Assembly: GCA_965369635.1 (NCBI GenBank)
Contig: CBDURC010000003.1
Coordinates: 1 to 36,671 of the forward strand
Reading direction: 5' to 3'
Length of the DNA: 36,671 nt
DNA from: an uncultured Anaerolineales bacterium
GTDB taxonomy: Bacteria; Chloroflexota; Anaerolineae; UBA3071
The position numbers and the translations under genes are program-made. The notes beneath the pieces were generated by a model. It searched no databases and had not been told where the DNA came from. It saw nothing but the letters and a program-made list of their open reading frames with translations. This document shows positions 1-9,702 of the stretch, piece after piece; within the stretch, counting starts at the first letter, position 1; every line of letters begins with the position of its first letter.

Positions 1-680
1 TCGTAGGAGCCGAGCAGGGTCGGACTGGCCGGGTTGCTCACGTCCAGGATCTGCAGGCCGCTGGCACCATCGGCCACGTAGGCCGTGGCGCCCGCCACTT
101 GAACGGCCACAGCCGAGCCTGGCGTATCGTAGCTCCCCATCAGTAGAGGCGCCGTGGGTTCCGATATATCCACCGTATACAGCCAGCCATCGTTCCAACC
201 GACGGCCGCGGCCACGTAGGCGTAAGAGTCAGCGACCCTCACCGCGTGCGCCGTCCCAGGCAGGTCGAGTTCTCCCACCAAGGTGGGGCTGATGAGCGCG
301 GAGAGGTCCACCACCCTCAGCCCATCGCCGCCGACCAGGTAGGCGGTGGTGTCTAGGATGGCGATGTCCACGACGTCGGTGCCGGACAGGGGCAGGCTGC
401 CGACCTGGCGCGGCGAGCTTGTGTCGGAGACGTCGAGCACGGTGAAGCCGCCGCCTTCGCCCAGGTAGACGTAGTCGCCGCCGCCGGGGGGCACGGCCAC
501 GGAGGCCATCCAGCCGCCGAAGTGGCCCAGCGGTTCGATGGTCATTTCATCCTGGAGATGCGGAACCGCTGCCGGGGCGGCAGTGCTGCTGCCCAGGAAG
601 GACGTTCCTATCAGCGCGGCCAAGGTCAGGCCCAGCGCGGCCAGGAGCCAGAATAGCCGTCGAGTGATGGGGGCAGACAT
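1..680 (-). CDS. Secreted LVIVD-repeat (beta-propeller) protein, 5' part; runs off the window edge
   Basis: Not in the ORF track because it has no stop in the window. Manual translation from ATG 680: MSAPITRRLFWLLAALGLTLAALIG (signal peptide), then repeats YVYLGEGGGFTVLDVSD, AYLVGGDGLRVVDLS, AYVADGASGLQILDVSNPASPTLLGSY. Confidence 0.88.
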   Translation of the reverse strand, partial: MSAPITRRLFWLLAALGLTLAALIGTSFLGSSTAAPAAVPHLQDEMTIEPLGHFGGWMASVAVPPGGGDYVYLGEGGGFTVLDVSDTSSPRQVGSLPLSGTDVVDIAILDTTAYLVGGDGLRVVDLSALISPTLVGELDLPGTAHAVRVADSYAYVAAAVGWNDGWLYTVDISEPTAPLLMGSYDTPGSAVAVQVAGATAYVADGASGLQILDVSNPASPTLLGSY

Positions 681-766
681 CTTCTTTGTCCTTGCTTTGG
701 AGTTGGGGGGCGGGATCGGATTCCGCCCAGGCGGGAGCCGAGAAAGGCTACGCTTGTGAAGGTGAT
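510..766. repeat. Direct repeat copy 1 (upstream region plus first 57 codons of the LVIVD gene)
   Basis: Aligns by eye to 7709..7972 with about ten substitutions/indels. Confidence 0.95.
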
Positions 767-928
767 AATGGGAGCAACTTCGGTTGGGTGCATTCTACTA
801 CGGATTTCCATGGGGGTCAAGGCGTGTATCTGGATTCCAGCAGATCACAAACCAGCAGCAGCTTCCCACGAACACGAAAAGGAAAGCGGCGGATCAGAGG
901 GAGAGACCTCCGACCCGCCGCTGCCTGC

Positions 929-3900
929 TCAGCGGGGGATGCCACCGAGCGGATTGTTCCCGGCGAAGGTGTAGCGGTTGCCAGATGTTCCCGCCCCCCG
1001 CTGCAGATAACGTCCCGTGGCCGGGTCGTAGCGACGCCCGCCGTAGACGTAGAATCCACTCTCGGTGTCATAGCGGCGGCCACGGAACAGGTAGGGATTG
1101 CCCAGAGCGCTCTCGCTCCCCCCACCGCTGAAGGTCGGCGCGCCAAAGGGATCATAGTCCACCCGTTCCACGACGTTTCCCTCGCCGTCGGCCAGAGCGC
1201 GTACGCTCCCCAGTTCGTCGGCCTGGTAGAAGACACGGCTTCCACCCCGATCCATGGTCAGATCGCTCACGTAGGTAGCCAGGAGGCCATCCGTTCCATC
1301 TCGCTCTTCGATCACCTGCCCCGCGGCGTAGAGGTAGCGCACCGTGCCGCTCTCCGTTCGCTTGCCCACCCGGCGGCTCAGGCCGTCGTAGGTGAAATTG
1401 ACGGTCTCGGTGGTGGCCTGTACATCGACGCCCACGGTGACGGTGGTCGCTTTCGTCACGCCCAGCAACCGGTCGGCGAAGTTGTAGCCGTAGCTGATCA
1501 CGGTCTCGGTAACGGTGGCAGTGCCGTTCAGCGAGGGCGAGCCTGCGGCGGTCATCGGGGCTCCGTCGGACATCTTGGCCGACAGGAGGGGCCCCCGCAA
1601 GACGATGGGCAAGTACAGGCGAAGCATAACAGGGGTAACGGTAGCTGTCGGCGTGGCGGTGGGCGTGGCCGTCGGCGTCGGCGTGGCGGTGGTAGTGATC
1701 ACCCGCCGCACCTGGATCAGGTTGCCGTTGGCGTCGTGGGTGCGGCTCTCCCCGTCCACGGCCTCGTATTCGTTCATCTCGTTGGTCGCGTAGGCAATGG
1801 CCTGGCCGTCCTCGGTCACCTGCACCCGGTTGCCTGCAGCGTCGTAGGTGTACTGGAGGTCGAAGGCCGGGCTCTGGGCGCCAGTCAGGCGGTAGAGGCT
1901 GTCGTAGGTGTAGGTGGTTGGGTCGCCTGGCTGGGCGATCTCCGTGAGACGGTTGCCAACCCAGTCGTAGGTGTAGCTGAAGCCGGTCAGTAACGAGTCG
2001 TCGCTGCTTTGGTGGTGCGCGATCTCCGTCACACGCCGCACTCCGTCGTAGGTGTAGGCGACGTAGGTGCCGTTGCCGTTGGTGCGGCGGAACAACCGCC
2101 ACGTGCCGATGTAGTCGTAGGCAGCCAGCTCTCCGCCTTCATCGGCGATGGTCTTGACCCGGTTCAGCCCGTCGTAGGTGTAGGTCAACTCCATCCCGCC
2201 CGGATAGGTCAGGGTGAGCCGGTTGCCCACCCCATCGTAGGTGCGGCCGACGGTGTGACCGTTCTGCGTCTCCTCGACCCGGTTGCCGAGGCTGTCGTAG
2301 GCGAACTCGAGGACGCTGTCGTCGGCCAGGTCGCCGGGGTCGTTGTCGTCGCTGGCGGCAATCATCCGGGAGAGACCGTCCCAGGCAAAGGTCTGGAGCG
2401 TCGTGCCGCCCACCCCTGGCCCGGGGGTGACGTCAGCGCGCACCTGGCGGTTGAGGGCGTCGTACGTGTAGGCGACGAGGGTGCCGTTGGGGTCGGTCTG
2501 CTGCACCAGGTTGTTCGCCCGGTCGTAGGCCAGCGTGGCCGTCGTCCCGTCAGTGTGGGTGACGCTGGCCAACCGGTCGAGAGCGTCGTAACCGTAGGTG
2601 GTCACGTTGCCGTTGGCATCGCTGCGGCGCACCAGGTTACCGTTGCCGTCGTAAACGTAGGCCATCGTCACCTGACCGGTGACGGCGCCGCTGCCCACGC
2701 CGCCAGCCCGCAGATGGTAGGTCTCCGCCAGACGCCGGCTCAACCCATCGTAGACAAAGAGCGCCGTGTTGCCGTGGTCGTTCGTCGCTCCCGTAACCGC
2801 GCCGTTGGCGTCGCTGGTAAAGACCAGGTTGCCCCGGCTGTCGTACCCGTAGCGGCTGGTCTGGCCCAGGCTGTCGGTGGCCTGGACCAGGCGATTGACG
2901 CTGTCAAAGGTGTTAGTCGTGGTAAAGGTCACGTCGGGGGCCAGGCTATCCGGCTGGCGCTCGGTGGCGACAGTCTGCACCAGGTTGCCGTTGCCGTCGT
3001 AGCCGTAGGCGGTGATATTCCCCAGCGCGTCGGTGCGCAGGACGAGCCGGTCGAGGCCATCGTAGGTGTGCTGGATGACGTTCCCGTCATCGCCGGTGAT
3101 GGCGGTGAGATTGCCGCTGCGGTCGTAGGTGTAGGCCGTCTCCACCCAACCGTCGCCGTTCCCGTCGGTCGTCAGAGGCGTGATCGCGCCAGTGTCAACG
3201 TCGGCGGTGAAGAACGCCCGCTCCTGCCGGTAGCGGCGGTTCCGTTCATCGTAGCGATACTGGGCGTGGCTGAGCATGACCGCGGCGGCGGCGAACTGGC
3301 GGCCAGGGTTGCGACCATCCTGCCCATCGCGCAGGAGCGTGGCCACGACGTTGCCATTTTCATCGTATTCCCAGGCGCGCACGTTGCCCAGCCCGTCCAC
3401 GCGGCCGACGCGGCGGTCGAAGCCGTCGTAGAGGGTGTCGGAGGGGTGGCCTTCGCCGTCGGTAGTGCGCACTAGATTGCCGTTGCCATCGTACTCGTAG
3501 GTCGTCGAGCTCGCCTCGGCGGAGCCCACACCCTGGACGATCCGGCGCAGTAGACTGCGTTCGTCGTAGGCGTACTCGACGCGATTCCCCTCGGGGTCGG
3601 TGGCCGAGGCCAGGTTCTCCAGCGGGTCGTAGCGGTACTCGGTGGTAATCCAGGAGGAGACGGTGACCTCCGCCGTGCGGCGCACCACGTTGTCCAGCAG
3701 GTCGTAGGTGTAGGCGGTGGTGAGCCAGGGGTTGGCCCCGTCGCGGCTGTGGGTGCCGGTGGGATGAAAATCGCCGTCCAGGTCGGGCACGACGTTCTCC
3801 ACGTCTCTCTGCATCAGATTGTCGTTACTGTCGTACCAGTAGAGGATCTCATAATCCAGCGCTGTCCCCGCCGCTCGCGTCTTTTTGACCACCTGGTTGA

Positions 3901-6900
3901 GGTCGTTGAACACGTATTCGGTGCGGACGCCGAGGCTGTCCGCGATGGCAGTGACGTTGCCCACAGCGTCGTAGCCATAAGTGGTGCTTACGTCCAGGCC
4001 GCCGCTGTCGCGGGTGGTACGCCGCCGGTAGCCGGTAGCCGGGCCGCTAGTGTAGTATTCGTACTGGGTGACGTTCCCTTCGGTGTCGGTGAAAGTCAAC
4101 GGTTGGCCCCAACCATTGTAGGTCCAGTTCTCCACCGCCGCCTGCGGCGCAGCGGGGCCTGCGGTGACTGTGGGGAACGTGACCTGCACCAGGTTGCCCT
4201 GACCGTCGTGGGTGCAGGTGATGGTGTGACCGCGCGCGTCGGTGCTGGTCTGGAGCAACTGGAAGTTGGGCTCGTAGGTATAGGCCGTGACCAGGTCGGG
4301 GCAGGGTGTGCTGCCCAGGCCATCGCAGCCGCGCGCCGCGTCGGGCACGCGGCGTTCCTCCAGCAGGTTGCCCTGGACAAAGTGGTCGCTTGCGCCGTCG
4401 TCGTAGGTGTACTCGACGCGGTTCCTGACCGGGTAGGTTACGCTGGTCGTCTGCCCGTCGGCGTTGTAGGCGTAGTCGGTCACCAACACCTGGCCATCCA
4501 CCACCTGGCGGTCGCGCAAGCGGTGGCCGGCGCCATCGTGCCACATCTGGATGATGTTGCCGCCGCGGTCGGTGATGGTGACCTTGCTGGCGGTTCCGGC
4601 GGGCGCGTCGGCCTCGATGGCCGTGGTATAGACCAGGGTAACCTCACCGCCGGCGGGGACGCCACTCGCGTTCGCCCGCCCGCCGCCCCACGACTGGTTG
4701 ACGATGCGGTCGAAGGCGAAGCCCTCCGTGCCATAGATGTTGATCGTGCGCGGCGCGAGCGAGCCGTCGGCCACCTCGTTGGGCGCGATGACGGTCGTCA
4801 GGTTGTGGTTGAGGCGCTCGTCGTCAGAGCCGGAGGTGTAGGAGAAAACGGTGGTTTTGCCCACGGGAAAGTCGTTGCCGTGGGGCGTGCCGATGACAGC
4901 GGGCGTGGTGATGGACACCAGGTCGCCGTTGCCGTCGTAGGCCAGCGTCACGGCCCGCCCGCTATAGTCGGTGACCACGGTGATGCGGTCGCTGACGTCG
5001 TAGCCGTAGGTGATGTCCCGTCCCAGCGTGTCGGTGACGGTCTGCAAGCGGCCGTTGGCGTCGTAGGCGAAGCGCAGTCAGTTGCCATTGCGGTCGGCGA
5101 TGGAACGCAGCCGGCCGGGCGCGGTGGCATCGTCCAGGGGGAAGTAGGTTTCGACCCGGCCATACCGGTCGGTAAGAGTGATGCCGGTGATACCGCTGAC
5201 GATGGCCGTGTAGCGGCCGGCGGGGGGCGTGAAATCCGCACCGTCGAAAGAGTAGACGTCAAAGCGCCCGGCGCCTTCTTGCAGGGCCAGGGAGCCGCCG
5301 CCGGTGGAGACGAAACGCCGGTCATAGTTGTGCTCCCAGCCCCAGCCCAGAGGGCCGTCGTAGACCAGTTGGGAGTGGTAGTTGAGGCGGAAGGCATAGT
5401 CCAGGCCGCGGCCGGGGATGAGCAGGAGCGTCTGCTCGTAGACGAACTCGCCGGAGTGGGGGAGGACGGGGTCGGCGAGGTCGTCACGGCGGTTGGCGCG
5501 GACGAGGTGGCGGGCGAGGTGGCGGCGGAAGCCGGCGCGGGCGTAGTCGCGACGGATATCGGCGACGACGGGGTCGAGGGGGTAGATGCCGATGTTGGAA
5601 GGGACGGGGATGAGAAGGCGAAGGCGCCCCGACGGCCGGTAGAATTCCACATCATTCGGATTCTCTACCCGTTCGGGGTCGGATCGAGTAAGCATCCCGA
5701 GGACGAGGTCAGATACGAGCCCGCCCTGAGCCGCGGCTACACCAGATCCCTCGGTGCTCAACGTATGGATCTGAATGCCGGCCTCAATGTATCCCAACGC
5801 ACCCTTGACGAAAACATTGGCGGAAATCAGCCTGACGACTCTGGAGACAGACAAGTATGTCTTTGGCGGGAGGAAACCTTCGTCTCTGTTGAGCGCCGGT
5901 TCCTGCCCCCCGTTACCAGGGTGGCAGATGTAGAGCATCCCGAGAATCGCTGGCCCCGCCACCGTGTAGTCAGTCTCGTGCGCAGCAGCATGCATGGCCG
6001 CCAGACCCCCACAGCCATTATATCCTGGAGCATTCTGACTCTGCGCAAAGATGTTAAGGTTTCCACCCACTGAAGAACCGACCGTTAGGAGCGTCAAGCC
6101 TACACCCGCCCCGCCAATCCCCATTCCAGCAATCCAGGATTGGACTGCATGGGGTCCCAAGGGCGCCTTGCTGAACGAAGCCGGTGCTGCTACGAGCAGT
6201 TCGCTCGGCCCCCAGCCAGCGCCCAGGTAGCGAACAGAGCCATAGACATCCCGGTTCGCTTCGCTCCAGGCGGCGATGGCGTTGCCGGCGCCATCTATTC
6301 CCAGGCCGGGGGCCCAGGCGTCCCCGGCTAACTCATCAATGCGCACGTTCACGGACCAGGGACCGCCGGCCGGCCGGTAAGCGGCATAGATCTCCGACCC
6401 ACCGCTGCGCGTATCCTCCCACACGGCATGGGTGTTGCCGGCGCCGTCCACCGCGATCTGGATGCCCCACGGGGAACCGGTCAACTCGTCGCGAATTTGC
6501 TCGTCGGCGCTCCAGGATCCATCCGGCGACCGTTCGGCGAAGAAAATCTGCTCGTCCCAGATTTCCCAGGCGATATAGACCCGGCCCCAATCGTCGAGGC
6601 CCACGTCAACGTTCAAAACGTTGCTGCCCGGGCCTGTTCTCTGTTCGGCTGCACCCCAGTCGCCGCCTGCGGGACGAACGGCGTAAAAGACATCGTAGGT
6701 TGGCCACGCTCCCTGACGCCATGCAACCACCGCTTCCCCGCGGCGATTGACGGCCAGGGAGGGGCGGTCTTGCGCTTGCGTGGTGGGGCTGATGGGTTCG
6801 CTGACATCCCAATCGCCCCCGGCAGGGTGATAGGCGAAGTAGATCTGCGATTTGCCGCCGCGGTGGTCTTGCCAAACGGCATAGAGGTTGCCGCTCCCAT

Positions 6901-7315
6901 CCACGGCGATTTGGGGTTTCTTCTGATCGCCGGCAGCGGTGGGATCGAGCTTGACGCTGCTCTGCCAGTCGCCACCCGCGGGCCGGTGGGCGAAACGGAC
7001 GTGGGAGATAGCGCCCTACCGGTAGTCCTGCCATACGGCGTAGAGGTTACCGGCGCTGTCGCCGGCAGCACTGGGGTATCCTTGGTCCCAGTCACCGGGG
7101 TCTATGGCCTCGGCGTCCAAGGCAGGCGCAGCGCTTGCCGGGGCTGACCGATCGGCTGACAACGGCTCGAGAGACGCTGCCCGCTGAGGCATCTCAGCCG
7201 ATGACGAAAGTTGATATGGTGCTGCGGACGCCACTGGGGCGGCTGGAGCGATCCCGTTCAGCGTCACCGGCCCGACCACCAGCAACTGAAATATGTGAGC
7301 GATTCTCCTGTTCAT
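929..7315 (-). pseudogene. Large secreted Rhs/YD-repeat protein (N-terminal beta-propeller repeats, DUF6531-like domain, YD repeats, Rhs core), interrupted by in-frame TAG (7016-7018) and TGA (5078-5080)
   Basis: ORFs 7016..7360, 5078..6904 and 929..5047 share one frame. Reading across the stops gives AVWQDYR*GAISHVRFAHRPAGGDW and IADRNGN*LRFAYDANGRL, both continuing their repeat patterns. ATG 7315 has an AAGGAGG RBS. Motifs: DPVLPHSGEF...GPLGWGW, many YxYDxxGNL, and NPYLFRGRRYDTESGFY...RYDPATGRY...NRYTFAGNNP. Confidence 0.85.
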
Positions 7316-7357
7316 TCCCGTTCCCTCCTTTCTGGGTGGATTGGTAAATTGGTGGTT

Positions 7358-7418
7358 CACCTTGTCACCTTGTCACCTTGTCACCCCTGCTCCTCTGCTC
7401 CCTCGCTCCCCTGCTTCC
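7358..7418. repeat. 8-bp tandem/low-complexity repeats (caccttgt x3, then ccNctgct-like x4)
   Basis: Read directly from the sequence. Confidence 0.8.
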
Positions 7419-7587
7419 ACCTGCCCCCGCAGGAACGTTACCAGCCCCTCCAGGCTTCCGAAGCCCCGGTGCTGGTCGGCGCGGGTATCCTCCAGGCTGA
7501 AGCGCCCACGGCGGGATGTTCAGGCAATGCGGGCCGCTCCTGCCACATAGTGAGCAGATGAAGGAACCGTTTCGGCGGATTCTGCAC
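7373..7587 (-). pseudogene. Frameshifted ~71-aa small protein with an LLxxW...WRxSLE...GFxSLxxLxxFL pattern
   Basis: GGGAGA RBS and GTG 7587 give MQNPPKRFLHLLTMWQERPALPEHPAV. Adding 1 nt near 7506 continues as WRFSLEDTRADQHRGFGSLEGLVTFLRGQV to TGA 7373. The 215-nt span is one base short of 72 codons. The family resemblance is from memory of Chloroflexi hypothetical proteins. Confidence 0.6.
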
Positions 7588-7879
7588 GTGCTTTTTCTCC
7601 CGGCAATGATGTTGTGGTAGAATTATGGCAGCCTACCGTTGATTCAGCGTTGATTTTCGAGCGGTGAGAGGCGAAAATGAGCGCAGGACGAGAAACTGAG
7701 GCCCCATCCCAGCCGCCGAAGTGGCCCAGCGGTTCGATGGCCATTTCATCCTGGAGATGCGGAACTGCTGCTGGGGCGGCAGTGCTGCTGCCCAGGAAGG
7801 ACGTTCCTTTCAGCGCGGCCAAGGTCAGGCCCAGCGCGGCCAGGAGCCAGAATCGCCGTCGAGTGATGGGGGCAGACAT
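7520..7879 (-). pseudogene. Truncated paralogous start of the LVIVD-repeat gene (57 homologous codons, then unrelated sequence)
   Basis: MSAPITRRRFWLLAALGLTLAALKGTSFLGSSTAAPAAVPHLQDEMAIEPLGHFGGW matches the ORF starting at 680; homology ends abruptly after FGGW. Confidence 0.85.
7622..7655 (-). promoter_or_regulatory. Extended -10 (TGcCATAAT) preceded by a direct repeat AATCAACG x2 at 11-bp period; candidate SARP/BTAD or OmpR-type operator
   Basis: Plus-strand cgttgatt at 7637-7644 and 7648-7655; attatg at 7622-7627, 9 bp away; no good -35. Confidence 0.5.
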
Positions 7880-7972
7880 CTCTTTTCTCCTTTTCTCCTT
7901 GCTTTGGAGTTGGGAGCGGGGTCGGGTTCCGCCCAGGCGGGAGCCGAGAAAGGCTACGCTTGTGGAGGTGAT
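7709..7972. repeat. Direct repeat copy 2
   Basis: Near-identical to 510..766. Confidence 0.95.
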
Positions 7973-7996
7973 GATCGAGTAGCTCTGATTTGCTGC

Positions 7997-8025
7997 ATTA
8001 TAGCACAGATCTCGACGCGGGCCAA
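7997..8025 (-). promoter_or_regulatory. Sigma70-type promoter facing the LVIVD-remnant/Rhs locus
   Basis: TTGGCC-17bp-TATAAT with extended TG on the minus strand. Confidence 0.6.
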
Positions 8026-8077
8026 GGGAGCATTGAGGGTCCCAAATCTGCCCCAGGATTCCGATCCCCGCAGAAGC

Positions 8078-8106
8078 TTGACGGCCAGAGCCCTTTTTGC
8101 TAGAAT
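8078..8106 (+). promoter_or_regulatory. Sigma70-type promoter (distal, no SOS box)
   Basis: TTGACG-17bp-TAGAAT with extended TG. Confidence 0.6.
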
Positions 8107-8246
8107 ACAACATGCCTGGGCGCAAGAAGCATGGGCTGAGTGCCATCGACAGCCCAGACACCATGGCGATCTGGGGTTTGCAGTTGATGTAGGGATGATG
8201 CCTTCCCCCGGACGGAGATTGAATGCTGCGTCTCCCTGTGCCGCAT

Positions 8247-8275
8247 TTGACAAAGCGAACATCTGTTCGTATAAT
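8247..8275 (+). promoter_or_regulatory. Perfect consensus sigma70 promoter with a LexA (SOS) box in the spacer
   Basis: TTGACA (8247-8252), 17-bp spacer, TATAAT (8270-8275); palindrome CGAAC-atct-GTTCG at 8256-8269. Confidence 0.9.
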
Positions 8276-8329
8276 GGCTGCCAGCGGGGAAACGTCCGAA
8301 GCGGATGATCGGACAGGAGACAGGAACCG

Positions 8330-9478
8330 ATGGATACTCATCAGAAGCTCGACTTGCTGGGTCAAGCAGCCAGTTTCGATGTCTGTGCGCCGTCGGGCCG
8401 CTCGGCGGCGATGGCGCGAGGGTGCGTACAGCAACCACCAGACGTTAGGCCCTACATCTCCCACGTGCAACTGCCGAGCGGGCGCAAGAAGCCGGTGCTC
8501 AAGGTGCTGCTCACCAGCTTCTGCGAGCGCAACTGTCACTACTGCGCCTTCCGCGCTGGGCGAGATATGAAGCGCGCAGCCTTCACTCCTGACGACCTGG
8601 CCGCCGCGTTCGACCAGATCCAGCACCAGGGGCTGGTGCAAGGGCTCTTTCTCAGCTCCGGCGTGACCGGCAGCGTGCGCACCATGGACCGCATGATCGC
8701 CACAGTGGAGATCGTGCGCCAACGCTACGATTACCGCGGTTATATCCACCTCAAGATCTTGCCCGATGCAGAGGAGGCGCAGATCGAGCGGGCGGTACGG
8801 TTGGCAGATCGAGTCTCGGTAAACCTGGAAGCGCCGAATGCGCAGCGGTTGGCAACGTTGGCACCGCGCAAGGAGTTCGGACAGGGCCTGATGGACCCGC
8901 TGCGTCGGGCGGCGAGAGCCATCGCCCGCGGGCAGGGCCGCTGGGCGAAGCTGGGGCTAACGACGCAGTTCGTGGTCGGCGCGGTGGGGGAAAGCGACCG
9001 TGAGCTCCTGACCACCACTCAGCAACTGTACGATGAACTCCACCTGGCGCGGGCTTACTTCAGCGCTTTCAGCCCCGTCCCCGACACGCCATTGGAGGAA
9101 CACCCCCCTGCCCCTCCTGCTCGGCAGCACCGCCTGTATCAGAGCGACTTTCTCATGCGCTACTACGGCTTTCGCTTCGACGAGTTCGTTTTCGACACTG
9201 AGGGCAGCCTGCCGTTGAACCTGGACCCCAAGATCGCCTGGGCCCAGGCGCATCCGGAACGCTTCCCCATGGAGGTCAACCGCGCCCCCAAGGCCACTCT
9301 GCTGCGGGTGCCCGGCATCGGCCCCGTCTCCGCCCGCCGTATCCTGCAGGCTCGTCAGCAAAGCAAGCTGTTCTTCCTGAGCGATCTGCGCAAGCTCGGT
9401 GTGGTGACTTCCCGCGCCGCTCCCTACGTCCTGCTGAACGGCAAGCGTCCTCCGCTGCAACTGAGCCTCTTCGCTTGA
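8330..9478 (+). CDS. Putative DNA modification/repair radical SAM protein with C-terminal helix-hairpin-helix (TIGR03916-like)
   Basis: CxxxCxxC (CERNCHYC), GLFLSSG, YRGYIHLKILP, ADRVSVNLE, RLYQSDFLMRYYGF, LLRVPGIGP (HhH), C-terminal QLSLF clamp-binding-like motif; AGGAG RBS. Confidence 0.9.
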   Translation: MDTHQKLDLLGQAASFDVCAPSGRSAAMARGCVQQPPDVRPYISHVQLPSGRKKPVLKVLLTSFCERNCHYCAFRAGRDMKRAAFTPDDLAAAFDQIQHQGLVQGLFLSSGVTGSVRTMDRMIATVEIVRQRYDYRGYIHLKILPDAEEAQIERAVRLADRVSVNLEAPNAQRLATLAPRKEFGQGLMDPLRRAARAIARGQGRWAKLGLTTQFVVGAVGESDRELLTTTQQLYDELHLARAYFSAFSPVPDTPLEEHPPAPPARQHRLYQSDFLMRYYGFRFDEFVFDTEGSLPLNLDPKIAWAQAHPERFPMEVNRAPKATLLRVPGIGPVSARRILQARQQSKLFFLSDLRKLGVVTSRAAPYVLLNGKRPPLQLSLFA

Positions 9479-9594
9479 ATTGGACGCGGACAAACGCGGA
9501 AGGCCGCGGGCTCTGGGTCAGCGGAAAAGCGGGAGAAGCAGAATGCTTGCACCCATTGCCATCCGCAATCCATTGCCCGCTTTTCTCCGGGACC

Positions 9595-9638
9595 GTCTCC
9601 TGACCGCCGTCCCACGCTGTTGGCGCTGGTCAGGAGAC
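9595..9638. repeat. REP-like inverted repeat
   Basis: gtctcctgacc (9595-9605) and ggtcaggagac (9628-9638). Confidence 0.55.
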
Positions 9639-9702
9639 CAGCAAAAAACCGGGGGCAGTGGACGTGACTCTGTCCGCTGAAAGCAGCTTTCTGGAGAGAA
9701 CA

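Noticed and set aside
5078-5080. Rhs TGA as selenocysteine (and TAG 7016-7018 as pyrrolysine)
   Set aside because: The positions are variable, non-Cys sites in repeat motifs, no convincing SECIS follows, no pyl genes are seen, and neighbouring genes are also decayed.
686-6073. Long plus-strand ORFs (686..1993, 2009..3475, 3749..6073) and similar antisense ORFs elsewhere (e.g. 12709..13908, 14925..15968, 31174..32631)
   Set aside because: Shadow frames opposite well-supported GC-rich genes; V/A/G- or R-rich with no motifs.
510-7972. Repeat pair as a diversity-generating retroelement template/variable region
   Set aside because: Differences include C/T changes and indels rather than being adenine-only, the repeat covers a 5' end and UTR rather than a C-terminal variable region, and there is no reverse transcriptase in the window.
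7520-8749. 409-aa minus-strand ORF as a real gene
   Set aside because: A chimera of radical-SAM antisense sequence, promoter DNA and the truncated LVIVD start; only 7709-7879 has coding homology.
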